DNA from: an uncultured virus (IMG/VR IMGVR_UViG_3300027836_000010)
Lineage: Duplodnaviria; Heunggongvirae; Uroviricota; Caudoviricetes
Length of the DNA: 20,000 nucleotides
Strand: one strand, 5' to 3'
Virus record (IMG/VR): IMGVR_UViG_3300027836_000010
Every line of letters begins with the position of its first letter. Position 1 is the stretch's first letter. A model generated the notes under the pieces. The model saw only the letters and a program-made list of their open reading frames with translations, was not told the DNA's origin and did not search any database. Of the stretch, positions 1 through 10,476 are shown piece after piece. The translations under genes and the position numbers were made by a program.

Positions 1-1501
1 GAATCCGGCGGACTCCGTCTAAAATTAGAAAATCAACTTTATAAATTCTATTTTTAACTCGAATGTCAGTATCGTTAACAAATAGTATTCGCTGGCCTTG
101 GGCCACATCAATCCCGTCAATGTTATAACCAAACTGTCCTTCTACGTTTGACATAACATCTAAGGTATAACTATCAATCAAGTCAATGTTGTCAGATGCC
201 TCAGTACCAAAATTGAATAGGCGAATGTTAGCTTCAAATTCTATAATTGGTCTAACAGCACGAGCTGTTTGGTCATAACTTGGAACTTTGTTGTTATACG
301 TTGCGCTATCTTCAATTACATCTTTATGAAACCATCTATTATATCGACTCCACGGATTATGATCAAACCCACCTCTGTTAATTACTACATAGTCTTTTAC
401 GCCGGCAAAAGTTGTAGCATCACTCCATGGCAGGCTGTCAAAAGGCGTAGTATCAAATAATATAGCTTCCGACTCAGTATACGAACTTACTAATTCTAAT
501 ATTGATTCGTGAATAAGCTGTATAGAAGTGCCTACTCCTTCAACGTAGTATTGGCCCGATTGATAACTTTCTGGCAATACCCGGCCAACAAAAGACACTT
601 TCATTCCGTTACTTAACGAGGTTCCGTCTGGTAACACATAATTGGTTTTACCAATAACATCGGCAGTGACGTTAAGTGAAGAATTAGTATCAATAGATAA
701 TATTTGAAATACTCCTCCAAGATTAACATCAGTTTCACTAACATAAAATAATATGTCAGGACTGTTAAAAGGAATAGTAAATTCAATAACTCCTAATTCA
801 ACAGCATGTCCAGTTATTTGCGGGATTTCATATCTGTTAGTAGTGCCTAATGTGCGCTTTGTTTTAATACTAAACGGATTACCAGGACTGTTAATTTCAA
901 ATTTATATGTCTGACCCCTGTATAATTTTATACTAGGATTTTGTAAAACACTTGTTATATTTGGTTGGAACACATACGTATTATTATCGAGTTCTGCCTG
1001 GATGCTAATAGTGTATGTACTAGTAACTTCTTGTTGTTGTCCTGCTATCTTAATTACGTCAGGGCCGTAAGGTAACCAATAGTAATTTTGAAAGTTAACA
1101 AACTTATCCCAATCAATGTGCGGATCCCATGAATAAAATTCTTGAGAATTTATGCGGGCATGGTTAGATGTGTTTGATCCAAACACAGATAATTGATTAA
1201 TATAATCTTGATAATCTTTAAAAAATGTAGTATTACCTAAATCATCTTTAATAGTCAAACCAGGTTCTAACTGATAATTCTGTCTTACAGTATTGGCAGC
1301 TTCTATAAAAATGTCGGCGCCGGTTGATGACTTAGCATTTTGTCGGCCGATGTATCCGTTAATTTTTTTAACAGTACCAGGTTGTATTAATTGATCAACA
1401 GTGGCTTGTAAAAACTTTTTATTAGCATCTGTTCTATAGTATTTAGGTAATAGATTTGCGCTAATTGACTTGTCGCCGCTTGGATTGATTTTATCCGCCA
1501 T
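1..1501 (-). CDS. Large virion structural protein, probable baseplate wedge-associated subunit (partial, runs off the window's left edge)
   Basis: Not in the ORF track because its stop lies outside the window. ATG at 1501 overlaps the end of the gp6-like gene and reads MADKINPSGDKSISANLLPKYYRTDANKKFLQATVDQLIQPG. Spot checks further on give EFYSWDPHIDWDKFVNFQNYYW (frame verified) and NPSIKLYRGQTYKF. It occupies the gp7-like position after gp6. Confidence 0.7.
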   Translation of the reverse strand, partial: MADKINPSGDKSISANLLPKYYRTDANKKFLQATVDQLIQPGTVKKINGYIGRQNAKSSTGADIFIEAANTVRQNYQLEPGLTIKDDLGNTTFFKDYQDYINQLSVFGSNTSNHARINSQEFYSWDPHIDWDKFVNFQNYYWLPYGPDVIKIAGQQQEVTSTYTISIQAELDNNTYVFQPNITSVLQNPSIKLYRGQTYKFEINSPGNPFSIKTKRTLGTTNRYEIPQITGHAVELGVIEFTIPFNSPDILFYVSETDVNLGGVFQILSIDTNSSLNVTADVIGKTNYVLPDGTSLSNGMKVSFVGRVLPESYQSGQYYVEGVGTSIQLIHESILELVSSYTESEAILFDTTPFDSLPWSDATTFAGVKDYVVINRGGFDHNPWSRYNRWFHKDVIEDSATYNNKVPSYDQTARAVRPIIEFEANIRLFNFGTEASDNIDLIDSYTLDVMSNVEGQFGYNIDGIDVAQGQRILFVNDTDIRVKNRIYKVDFLILDGVRRI

Positions 1502-4500
1502 TGTTTGCTCCGTATGTAGAACTTGTAATTTGTTGTGTAGACGAAACTGTAGACTCAGCTGTAGTTCCTGCTATCGATTTAATGTTTGTCGCTGTGATGC
1601 CTGAAATAATTTCAATATCATCGACTGTTGCTCCGTTAGCAAACAATTGATCACTGCCTGATTTAATTTCAAATAGACTACCAAAACTTAGGCCGCCAAG
1701 TCTAGGAACAATAACAAAGCTAGAAATATCAGGACTTAGTTGTGTTACAACATAAGTCGATAATTCCGTAAAATAAAATGTATCGCCAAAATCCCAATTT
1801 TCTAAAGCAAAAAATTCTTCAATAGCAGTTATAACTCTTGTTTTAATATCGTTGTCGCTGATAACTTTATTAGGATTCTTAATAACTTTAAAACTAGCTT
1901 GAACATCAGGAGTGGCTGCTGGCCCGAATAGAATTTTATAATTTACTGGATGATATACAATTTCATCGCTGATTGATTTAATTAAATTCAATTGGTCTGC
2001 TACTAAATCATAAAGTTCGCTAGAGCTAGGTGGTAAGGGCTTAGACGAAATTGCGCCTGAAATCCACTGTCTAAACAAAATATCGTAAGATTTAGTTAAA
2101 ACATAAATGTCAATAATATTACTTACACCAGGATCGATGCGTGTTTCGTAGTCAGCATTGTGTATGTATTGAAACTTGATATTGTCGCGGCCCGCATGGA
2201 TCTTGTAATCTAGTGTTGGGACAAATGGATTCTGCAAAGCAGTGTCTAATTTAACTACTGTTTTTGTATTGATAAAATAAAAATATTGTCCGTTAGGGTA
2301 TTGTGATAAGCTACCAACAGATGCTTTACTATATTTTATTAACACAGTACCGCTAGTATTATCAGCATATTGATAATCGTCCTGACCTTGACTTATTGTA
2401 TATTTTGCAAAAATTTTATATTTGTTCTGTAATACAACACTGTTAGTTTCTGTGACGCTAGCCGGTGCTACAATATTTAAAAATAGTTCTGGATCGTCAA
2501 CAATGTCATTATAATCTGAATCAGCAAATGTTACTACTAATTTCTTAGTATCAACATATCCATCTAATCCAACATATTCGCTAACAATATCCCAAGGCTG
2601 ATCTATTGTAAAGGGTAATGTGCTGTCTGGCTTAGTATTAATGCTCAACACGTTGATTGAATCTTTGATCATAGAATTGGATTTGCTATCGTAAATATTA
2701 TTACTGCTGTCAAAATAGAATCTGATTTGTTTATCACTTTCAAAAATATAACGTTGAACACGGCTTGTTACTGTGTAAAATTCATTATCTGTTGTAAACA
2801 ATAACAACCAACTAGCATCTTGTTTTAAATTAGTTTGGTCGCCTTGTTTACCTAAACTAAACTGGTTTGAAATATCTAAATTTAATTCAAATACAATTGT
2901 CCAAATTTGGTTAATTGCATCGTATCGTAGACCAAATGGCTTGTTAGCAGATATTAAATCAATCATGGTAGTAATAACACTACTATCGATTACTGTTCTC
3001 CACTTAGGAATAATTTGCGAAATGATTGCTCCGGATGGCACTACACGATTTAATGTAACTGGGCCAAACCCAGTGTCTAGCACGCCAGTATTAGCCGCTG
3101 TGCCATCGTCAATAACACTTACCACTTCAGCCCATATAGTTGTTACTGCTCCTGGAGTTGTATCAGCTCCAAGTAATAAAACATTGCCGTTTAACGTATC
3201 GAAGTAGCGGCCTGCGGGTGCTACAAATTTAACTAAGCATCCTGCTTTAAAATATTTTAAATCTGTTGCTGTATACGAACCAACTTTATAAACAGTGTTG
3301 CCGTCGGCTGATACTACGGTACCGGTTGACGCAGTACTATCTGAGGTAACATTACGCCAAAGAATATCTAAGCTAGCAGTAACAAAATTAATGTACTGAC
3401 TATAATAAAAGTTTCTTAAATTTATATCTTTTAAAATATCAAATATATTATTATAAATTACGCCCTCGATATCTGTTTTATTCTGGTATGAAAACCGCAG
3501 TGAATTTTCATATTCTTCAGTATATAAAACACCGTCGTCAGCAAACAACGTAGTGCTACTGGATTTGCCTGTAGGGTCTGATAAATCAAAATAACGACTA
3601 ATCCCAGAGCTAGTTCTATTGACTGCTTTGATTTTTGAAATTTGTGTACTGGCACTTAGTGGACTAATGTTATAGTCCTCTCCAGTAATCATACGATTTT
3701 GTGTATAGTATGTTTGCGGTGCGTTAACTTTAATACTATCGCTGGTTTCAGTAGATCCAGCATTAGATACACTACTAGCTAACGCCATAGTTACTGTTAA
3801 GTTTTCTAGTTGGCCTGCCGCAGATGTGTAAGGAATACTGATGCTAACATTTCTAATATCCTGTGTATTAATAGAATAGTCTAGTCCGTTGGCAATACGA
3901 TAATAGGTACGGAATGTTCCTAATGGCAAATTGCCAAACGTTCCGTCACTAAATTGCAAACTAATAGCATCGTTAGTTCTTGTAATGATGCTAAAAATAT
4001 TTTTAATGTTTTTGTTTAAACTGTTATAGATAATATTATTTGCTTCAAGATTAGAAACACTGGTCCACATTTCGCTTTCAATACCGTCTTGGTCTAACTT
4101 ATAAAGCCACACATCATCATTGTTAATATTTTCTGCGTCAATATCTATTGACTCATTACTACTTGGTTGACTAATTGTAAACGAACCAGTTTGTAACGAC
4201 CCTTGAACAAATCGCATAAAGAATCCCGAGCCGGCACTGCTTGCTCCGCGGCCGTCATCACGATAAATGTAAGAAATTGTATTATTGTTTTTAGGAGCTT
4301 CTTCGTAGATATAACCTTGACCGTTGAACGTAGTGCTTACTACTTCAAAATCCATAGGGCGGCCAGCAACAGTCTTAGTAAACCCAAACACTGGTACTCC
4401 AGTTTCGATATTTTTAAATCTGTATTGTTCGGTTGGAATTCCGTAAATGTCTGCTGAATCCACTGGGTTGCCAAACTGTTGTGTTTTAGCCATGGCGGCA

Positions 4501-4982
4501 TTTATTATTTTAATAAACTGGTCGTACCAGTTGACATTGCTAGGGTCGTTCCAGTTGATAACCTGACCTGACATGTTTCTGCCGTTACTGTCAATAACAC
4601 TTTCAGTAGTTTGTATGGTTGTAAATTTTAATAAACCGCTAGCACTAACTGTACGTTTAGCATTATAGGATAACATACGGGCTAAACGCAATACAGATTC
4701 GCGGCGAGATGCTAGTTCTAAGAAGTTGTCTCGGGCATTTAAGTCAACGCGGAAAGCTATGCTTTGGCCCAAGAACGCAATAAGATCAATTAGGGCAAGG
4801 TATTCGCTAGACTCGATGTAATCATTAAAATCTTCAGGATAATTTTGACGTATATAGTCAAGCATTGTACGGCGTAAATTCTCAAAGTCGTAGCTTTGAA
4901 AATCCGCATTTCGGAAGCTCTGATATATTTTTTTCCAATCTTCGCTTACTAGTAATCTGTTTTGTCTAGTTGTTATACTCAT
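1491..4982 (-). CDS. Baseplate wedge subunit, T4 gp6-like / baseplate J family (1163 aa)
   Basis: gp6-type motifs: DFENLRRTMLDY...DFNDYIESS...ARDNFLELASRRESVLRLARMLSYNAKR, FSDGTFGNLP, ETSDSIKVNAPQTYYTQNRMITGEDY. Follows a gp25-like gene. Confidence 0.85.
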   Translation of the reverse strand: MSITTRQNRLLVSEDWKKIYQSFRNADFQSYDFENLRRTMLDYIRQNYPEDFNDYIESSEYLALIDLIAFLGQSIAFRVDLNARDNFLELASRRESVLRLARMLSYNAKRTVSASGLLKFTTIQTTESVIDSNGRNMSGQVINWNDPSNVNWYDQFIKIINAAMAKTQQFGNPVDSADIYGIPTEQYRFKNIETGVPVFGFTKTVAGRPMDFEVVSTTFNGQGYIYEEAPKNNNTISYIYRDDGRGASSAGSGFFMRFVQGSLQTGSFTISQPSSNESIDIDAENINNDDVWLYKLDQDGIESEMWTSVSNLEANNIIYNSLNKNIKNIFSIITRTNDAISLQFSDGTFGNLPLGTFRTYYRIANGLDYSINTQDIRNVSISIPYTSAAGQLENLTVTMALASSVSNAGSTETSDSIKVNAPQTYYTQNRMITGEDYNISPLSASTQISKIKAVNRTSSGISRYFDLSDPTGKSSSTTLFADDGVLYTEEYENSLRFSYQNKTDIEGVIYNNIFDILKDINLRNFYYSQYINFVTASLDILWRNVTSDSTASTGTVVSADGNTVYKVGSYTATDLKYFKAGCLVKFVAPAGRYFDTLNGNVLLLGADTTPGAVTTIWAEVVSVIDDGTAANTGVLDTGFGPVTLNRVVPSGAIISQIIPKWRTVIDSSVITTMIDLISANKPFGLRYDAINQIWTIVFELNLDISNQFSLGKQGDQTNLKQDASWLLLFTTDNEFYTVTSRVQRYIFESDKQIRFYFDSSNNIYDSKSNSMIKDSINVLSINTKPDSTLPFTIDQPWDIVSEYVGLDGYVDTKKLVVTFADSDYNDIVDDPELFLNIVAPASVTETNSVVLQNKYKIFAKYTISQGQDDYQYADNTSGTVLIKYSKASVGSLSQYPNGQYFYFINTKTVVKLDTALQNPFVPTLDYKIHAGRDNIKFQYIHNADYETRIDPGVSNIIDIYVLTKSYDILFRQWISGAISSKPLPPSSSELYDLVADQLNLIKSISDEIVYHPVNYKILFGPAATPDVQASFKVIKNPNKVISDNDIKTRVITAIEEFFALENWDFGDTFYFTELSTYVVTQLSPDISSFVIVPRLGGLSFGSLFEIKSGSDQLFANGATVDDIEIISGITATNIKSIAGTTAESTVSSTQQITSSTYGANNGG

Positions 4983-5001
4983 GATTTGTCCTATATAACT
5001 A

Positions 5002-5033
5002 TATTTATCGAACAGAATTATCTGGGTAGTTTA
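5002..5033 (-). promoter_or_regulatory. Late promoter (GATAAATA box plus upstream element) for the gp6-like gene
   Basis: Minus strand reads TAAACTACCCAGATAATTCTGTTCGATAAATA. The box is one mismatch from the T4 late consensus TATAAATA and ends about 20 nt before the ATG. An AGGA RBS follows. Confidence 0.7.
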
Positions 5034-5474
5034 TCCTAGCAATAAGCCGGCTGACTGGTCGAATTGTAAACGCATTGATTGCGATATGTTATAAGGCAAG
5101 TATGTTAATAAACACTCAATTTGTATGCCTGATTCGTAAGAAGTAACTAACACTTGGCTAGCACTGACTCGCGGATCATAGTTTATTATTTCGTTAACGT
5201 TATCTGTGATAATGTTTTTAAGCTCCTCTGTTAAAGGCTCAAATAGTAAATCCCAGATAACCGTGCCAAAAGTTGGGTTCATTAAACGCTCACCTTGTCG
5301 TATATGAAAGTGATTTAATAAGTCCTGCTGGATCAACTGAAAATCATATAGACTAAAATGCTCAGTATCGCCGCTTACGCTACTAAATCCTTTGTAGGTT
5401 TTAGGGATAATTTTTCCGTTATTAATATTTGGTTTTAATACTATCTTGTTGTATAGTTGTGAGTTTGAGCTCAT
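5031..5474 (-). CDS. Baseplate wedge / sheath initiator, gp25-like (GPW_gp25 family)
   Basis: LIQQDLLNHFHIRQGERLMNPTFGTVIWDLLFEP...INYDPRV fits the gp25 pattern (GER..P.FG...LFEP...EPRV); 147 aa. Confidence 0.9.
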   Translation of the reverse strand: MSSNSQLYNKIVLKPNINNGKIIPKTYKGFSSVSGDTEHFSLYDFQLIQQDLLNHFHIRQGERLMNPTFGTVIWDLLFEPLTEELKNIITDNVNEIINYDPRVSASQVLVTSYESGIQIECLLTYLPYNISQSMRLQFDQSAGLLLG

Positions 5475-6967
5475 GCGTTGTTTGCTCCTTCTTCTGGTTC
5501 TGGTGGGAGATACTTGTCAAACGTATCTGTAATTAGCGAGTACTTTTTCCAAGAAGCCGGGAGCGGGATCGCAGTAGCCGTATCTCTATCTGTCTTGGAA
5601 GGTATAAAACTCTGTGGGTCTAAATTTTCATGGTGCGGCCATGGTTCATGCATTGGTGCCCGCATTAAAATAGAGTCAATAGTAGCTCCTTCTTCTGCTG
5701 GTATTGCTATTGTTTGTAATGCTATTACTGCTTCAGCCGCAGCCGTTGAACTATTCATATAAATTTTCCCAGCAGTTTCTCGATGGGTAACTTTACTGTT
5801 GATATGCGAGGTTCCGCCGCTAGTAATTTTTGTATCAAGTACAGCTATGATTTCAACATTGTTACCTTCCGCATGAAATTTTTCGCCGGCTTTTAAATTA
5901 ATGTTTCTAACTGCTTCTAAATTTATGTCTCTACCAGCAAGGATATTTAAATCATTTTTAGTATGAATGCTGATACTATCTTCGGCAAAAATATCAATTT
6001 TACCGTTACTGGTTAATTCAATCCATGTTGTACCTTTAGAATTACCAATGTAAATTAAATCTTCACTATTGTGTAATAAAATTTGATGGCCCGTTCTAGT
6101 ACGAAGACGAATTAATTCATTATGTGGAATCGTAGTATCACCATCAGTTTCTTTTTGTTCAATACTAGCATATTCAGGAGGCCCTTCGCCTGCTGGCTTT
6201 TTACGAAGAAATTGATCATCTCCGTCGTCCATTACAAATGTGCTTCCGCCCAGCCTACTAACTGGCATATTTGATTTTTTATTTTTAGGGCCAATTTGGC
6301 CTCGTTTGCCTTTCTTATCAGTTATACCCGGAGTGCTTATACCAAATACCATACTAGGTGCTTCGCGGCGAGCACTTGATGTTGTAATGCCGCGGACATC
6401 GTCTTGTAATAATCCTTGTATTTCTAATGCTTGGGCAAATTTATGTTCTGGTTTATAAATTTTAGTTGCGTCTTGTTCTGTAGAAGAAATTGCTTTATTG
6501 TATTCTGCCACTGGCACGCGAACATATTTGCCATCTGTAGTTTTACTATCTTGAACTACGTAGCGAGTCGCGGCTAAACCTGGAACACTAAAGTTCATAA
6601 ATTCGTCAGGTACAACTCCAATCCAGTACCCGTATTTGATATCATGATTAGCAAACACTACTAGAACTGTTGCTCCGACGTCAGGAGGAACCATCCAAAA
6701 ACCGTAGGACTTTTGAGTTTGATCATAATTATTAGGATCCTTGCCAACACTATCTCTGCTGGTTGATCCAAAGAACGGACTCATATAGCTAACTGGTAAT
6801 ATTTGTCCTTCTATCTCATCATTGCCTGAGTAGCGTTCAATTTTTACAGTTAATACGCCCATGAAGGTCTTATCTAAGTGTCCAACCACTTTAGCTTTAT
6901 AAATGCCAAAGCGGGGCTTAGGGCCTGTTGAGGAAATATTATCTATATTATCGTTAAAATCGCTCAT
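5471..6967 (-). CDS. Baseplate central spike, gp5/gpV-like (OB fold plus beta-helix, no lysozyme domain seen)
   Basis: N-terminal OB-fold-type motif GFWMVPPDVGATVLVVF...YWIG; spike-type segment RTRTGHQILLHNSEDLIYIGNSKGTTWIELTSNGKIDIF; short beta-helix-like repeats; located between the hub and gp25 genes. Confidence 0.8.
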   Translation of the reverse strand: MSDFNDNIDNISSTGPKPRFGIYKAKVVGHLDKTFMGVLTVKIERYSGNDEIEGQILPVSYMSPFFGSTSRDSVGKDPNNYDQTQKSYGFWMVPPDVGATVLVVFANHDIKYGYWIGVVPDEFMNFSVPGLAATRYVVQDSKTTDGKYVRVPVAEYNKAISSTEQDATKIYKPEHKFAQALEIQGLLQDDVRGITTSSARREAPSMVFGISTPGITDKKGKRGQIGPKNKKSNMPVSRLGGSTFVMDDGDDQFLRKKPAGEGPPEYASIEQKETDGDTTIPHNELIRLRTRTGHQILLHNSEDLIYIGNSKGTTWIELTSNGKIDIFAEDSISIHTKNDLNILAGRDINLEAVRNINLKAGEKFHAEGNNVEIIAVLDTKITSGGTSHINSKVTHRETAGKIYMNSSTAAAEAVIALQTIAIPAEEGATIDSILMRAPMHEPWPHHENLDPQSFIPSKTDRDTATAIPLPASWKKYSLITDTFDKYLPPEPEEGANNA

Positions 6968-6975
6968 TAATTACC

Positions 6976-9144
6976 TTATGGGTTAGGAGGTTGGACTGGG
7001 GCCGGAGTTTGAACATTCTGTGTTTGTGCGGCGGTTGCTACCTTTGGATTTTCTTGCTGTGGAACTCTATAACCTTTAAGGGTTTGTCTAAATTGTCCTT
7101 GTCTAAACGAACTAGTCACTCGGTTAACACAATACAATCCTGTAAATCCAATAGTAGGAGCGGCCTTGCTTGATAAGGTTAAGTCTTGGGTGTGGTTTCC
7201 TGATTTAAAATCATACATACCCGTGATTGGATTAATGTCTATCGGACTGCGAAAGTAAACCCAAGTGTGTACTTCGCTGGTTTGCCAGTTAACGCTGCCG
7301 TCTTGGCATAAATCCTTAATACCTTCTACTGATTTAGATGTATAATTACCCATTCCACTGTTTACAATCCAGAACGGGTCTCCCCATATTTCTAATTCTA
7401 GAACTACCATATCATTTGGGTTTGTTATTGCATCATGAAAAATTCTTGCGGCTGCTTGAGCGGCCGTTTCTCCAGTTCGTGGACCACCTTGATTTGCGTA
7501 GGTAGTAGTAGTCTTAGTATACTTTGACTGGTTTTGTGAGGCGCCATATTGAGTATTTGGCGGATTGCCCTTGGCTTGCTGTTCAAGGACTGGCTTATTT
7601 TCAGTATCTTGTTTAGCTTGTTTGGCAGATTCCGATACTCCTTGCGATTTATCAAGACTAGCAGAAGCAAGTGTATTAGAAAATCCTACACTAAAATCAA
7701 TATTAAAATTAATTATTTCAGTATTTTTACCAGTATAAATGTAATCGTAGCGTTTAACTATTGCTTTTTTAATTTCATCAAGACCCTGTCCAGCAGTTCC
7801 TGGCGAAGTAGTTTTGCTTGAATGCGCTTCAAATGGCACAACTCTGTAAACAATAATCCTAGGGTAGTCGCCGGTTTCTTTTAAATTTTCTTTAGTATCA
7901 ATATAAAATACTTGGGTGTCAATTCTCCACCATTTTCTAAAACCTTTTTCAAGTTTAGCTAATGCCTTTTCAGGATATTCGCTTGACAGTAGTACCTGAT
8001 TAATAATTGATGGAACATCCATGTCTTGAGGAAATTTCATAATTCCTTCTTTAGGATCAACTGTCATTTTGCCGCGAGTCCATGTGCCTGTTTGTTCATT
8101 AACAATGATTTCAGGGTCGCCTGGGGCGGCTTCTCCTGGTTTGCTAGGAGTATAATTTAAGGTAGCTTTGCCAAGAATATTAACATCGCCGGCGGCTTGT
8201 TGTAAATTTGACTGGTTAATACCAATCTTTTTAAAGATGGCTGCTGAGTCGCCGGTTACTTGCTGAGGATTATAGGAGGCTGTATCTTTTTTGTCTCCGC
8301 CGCCGCCGCTGGAACCTTGTGCTCCGCTGTCTAATTTTTTTTCGTTAGGAAATAAAATAACAATTTTATCAGCAACAGTTACAGTTTTATCTTTAACAAA
8401 TCCTTCTAAGTATGTATTCATTACTGCTTGTAAACTTTGCGGGCCAGTTTGTAAAATTTCTTGAACTGTTTTACCTTTAATAGTTGCATCAGTTTTTAAA
8501 TTAGCATATTGTGTTGTTAATGCCTGGCCTTGGGTAGCATAGGCCATTACAGAATATTTACAACCTTTTTCGTTTGCTTTCATTCCTATAGTAGTAAATC
8601 TTATAGGAATATGTCTAGCGGAAAACGGCACAGTTTTTATCTGGCCGGTTTCTGTATTTCCTCTAAATTCTATAGTTAAAAGAAATGGTGCTGCACGCCA
8701 GTTGTCAAATTTTGCTTGATACGCGGCTGTTTGAAGAGACAAGAAAAAAGTACCGATACTGTAAGGTTCAAATACATCAAACTGTATTGTAGACACGTTA
8801 GTAGCCTTAGCATTGGCTAACCCTATGATTGACTCAAATGTTAACTGGTCTATATAAAAGTCAAACTTACCGTATGAAGTAGCTACTCGATTATTTGGAT
8901 CTGCTCCACCGCTTTTACAAATCAAGGGCAATACCTTGCCGGCTTTATAAGATGTATCAGGATAATTAAAATCTTGAATTGTTAACGCACTTAAACTGAT
9001 AACATAGTCATAGCTAGCATAATTAGATAAAATATTTGGTGCTGGTATTTTAAGACCAAGGGCCGTACCAGCATTTGTAAAAGTATTTCCTATTATATTA
9101 CCAAGTGTCGATACTGCGTTGGTAGTTGCGCCTAAATCTGCCAT
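6976..9144 (-). CDS. Putative baseplate hub protein (gp27 / Mu gp44-like)
   Basis: C-terminal hub-type motifs LELEIWGDP and FTGLYCVNRVTSSFRQGQFRQTLKGYR; canonical position between the LysM/gp53-like gene and the spike gene. Confidence 0.6.
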   Translation of the reverse strand: MADLGATTNAVSTLGNIIGNTFTNAGTALGLKIPAPNILSNYASYDYVISLSALTIQDFNYPDTSYKAGKVLPLICKSGGADPNNRVATSYGKFDFYIDQLTFESIIGLANAKATNVSTIQFDVFEPYSIGTFFLSLQTAAYQAKFDNWRAAPFLLTIEFRGNTETGQIKTVPFSARHIPIRFTTIGMKANEKGCKYSVMAYATQGQALTTQYANLKTDATIKGKTVQEILQTGPQSLQAVMNTYLEGFVKDKTVTVADKIVILFPNEKKLDSGAQGSSGGGGDKKDTASYNPQQVTGDSAAIFKKIGINQSNLQQAAGDVNILGKATLNYTPSKPGEAAPGDPEIIVNEQTGTWTRGKMTVDPKEGIMKFPQDMDVPSIINQVLLSSEYPEKALAKLEKGFRKWWRIDTQVFYIDTKENLKETGDYPRIIVYRVVPFEAHSSKTTSPGTAGQGLDEIKKAIVKRYDYIYTGKNTEIINFNIDFSVGFSNTLASASLDKSQGVSESAKQAKQDTENKPVLEQQAKGNPPNTQYGASQNQSKYTKTTTTYANQGGPRTGETAAQAAARIFHDAITNPNDMVVLELEIWGDPFWIVNSGMGNYTSKSVEGIKDLCQDGSVNWQTSEVHTWVYFRSPIDINPITGMYDFKSGNHTQDLTLSSKAAPTIGFTGLYCVNRVTSSFRQGQFRQTLKGYRVPQQENPKVATAAQTQNVQTPAPVQPPNP

Positions 9145-9145
9145 A

Positions 9146-9445
9146 TTAAATTCCTAACACTGTTCGTAAACTACTATTCTTAGGAATAAAAATTTTTGTT
9201 CCAGCAGTAAAATCAAAAATAGGATCTTGTAGAACGTCTAAATTTCTTTGCATAAAGACCCACCATAGTTGAGTTTCGCCGTACAAGTCAAATGCTAATA
9301 AATCAGGACGGTATTCATACTGACTTTCTATTGTGTAAGCAAAGTCGTCAGGTTCAGCACTTACTGGTCGTATGTTAAAAATTCCTAGATAATTATCTTG
9401 GAGCGGAGTGTTAAACCACGGGCTTGTATTTGTATATGTTGCCAT
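9146..9445 (-). CDS. Baseplate wedge protein, gp53-like (LysM-type fold)
   Basis: RPDLLAFDLYGETQLWWVFMQRN...DPIFDFTAGTKIFIP matches the gp53/LysM pattern RPD..A..YG...LWWV. Confidence 0.8.
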   Translation of the reverse strand: MATYTNTSPWFNTPLQDNYLGIFNIRPVSAEPDDFAYTIESQYEYRPDLLAFDLYGETQLWWVFMQRNLDVLQDPIFDFTAGTKIFIPKNSSLRTVLGI

Positions 9446-9447
9446 GA

Positions 9448-10452
9448 TTAAACGTATCCAAAAGTATTTTTTAAGTAGCCGCCGGTAACAAATCTGTCTA
9501 GACTAAACTTGCGAGCGGCTGCTCTACTATATATCGGTACTACGGTGATGTTCATGGTGCTTTTGGTTGGCACATGAGCAACTCCTCCGCTGGTTGTTCC
9601 ACCAATTCCAAATGCTCCTAATAAACTAGAAACTCCGCTTACTGCTCCGGTAATATCGCTGACCACACTTCCAATACCAGCAATACCTTTGCCGAAAGTG
9701 TCACCTATAGCGTCAGCAAGGCCTCCAATGTTATCTGCTTGAGCTGCAAGATTGCCGGCTGCTGATCCAACAACGTCACAACTGATATAATCACAATCTT
9801 GCGGCAATGTAATATTGATAGATGTAATAACTACCGGAACATTTTTAAAAACATAATTTCCGTAGCCGTTTAAGAACACAATAGGCGGTGGGTTCCCTGC
9901 TTTCGGATCAGATCCGCTGAACATTTTGGACGCAGACCTTAAATAATGAACTGCGGCTACCCAGTACAATGCTTGAGCACTATCTTCCACAGCAAAAGAT
10001 GCTTGTATATCAATCGATCCAGGATCACTATTCTTATATGCTTGGAAGGGAAAGTTAGAATGTGTAGGCGATTCTGGTGTATACTTAGCACTGGACTTTA
10101 TGGAGATTTGAGGAGTGAAAGGAAACACTAATCCACCGGCATCTCTTAATGGTCTTAATACTGGACTAGATTTAAAGCTAGTCCAATTAGGCATACTTAA
10201 TCTAACACGCCAATCTGCGTCGTTGGCATCTCCTCCAAATGCGCTAACAGCACTCATTAAGTCACCTATCGCTTCTCCCCCTGCGGGTAGATTCAACGAA
10301 CGGATCGTTGATCCAATAGTGTCAGCACTACCAATGTTTGATAAAGCCGAACCTAGTCTAGCCGCAGTATTGACCGCTTGGGTTGCGGCTCCAAAAACTG
10401 CTACGCCAGCTCCAAGTTTTGATTGTAAATTTTGTCCCGGGGTGAATGCCAT
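9448..10452 (-). CDS. Putative tail tube initiator / baseplate-tube junction protein (gp48/gp54-like)
   Basis: LVFPFTPQISIKSSAKY and GNPPPIVFLNGYGNYVFKNVPVVITSINITLP resemble tube-fold initiator proteins; first gene of the baseplate operon; Gly/Ala-rich stretches. Confidence 0.6.
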   Translation of the reverse strand: MAFTPGQNLQSKLGAGVAVFGAATQAVNTAARLGSALSNIGSADTIGSTIRSLNLPAGGEAIGDLMSAVSAFGGDANDADWRVRLSMPNWTSFKSSPVLRPLRDAGGLVFPFTPQISIKSSAKYTPESPTHSNFPFQAYKNSDPGSIDIQASFAVEDSAQALYWVAAVHYLRSASKMFSGSDPKAGNPPPIVFLNGYGNYVFKNVPVVITSINITLPQDCDYISCDVVGSAAGNLAAQADNIGGLADAIGDTFGKGIAGIGSVVSDITGAVSGVSSLLGAFGIGGTTSGGVAHVPTKSTMNITVVPIYSRAAARKFSLDRFVTGGYLKNTFGYV

Positions 10453-10476
10453 AATATATTTGTCCTTTTGGTATAT

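Noticed and set aside
1..10452. Bacterial contractile injection system (eCIS/T6SS/tailocin) rather than a phage
   Set aside because: Linkage to gp55, gp47, gp46 and T4-type late promoters indicates a lytic T4-related phage genome.
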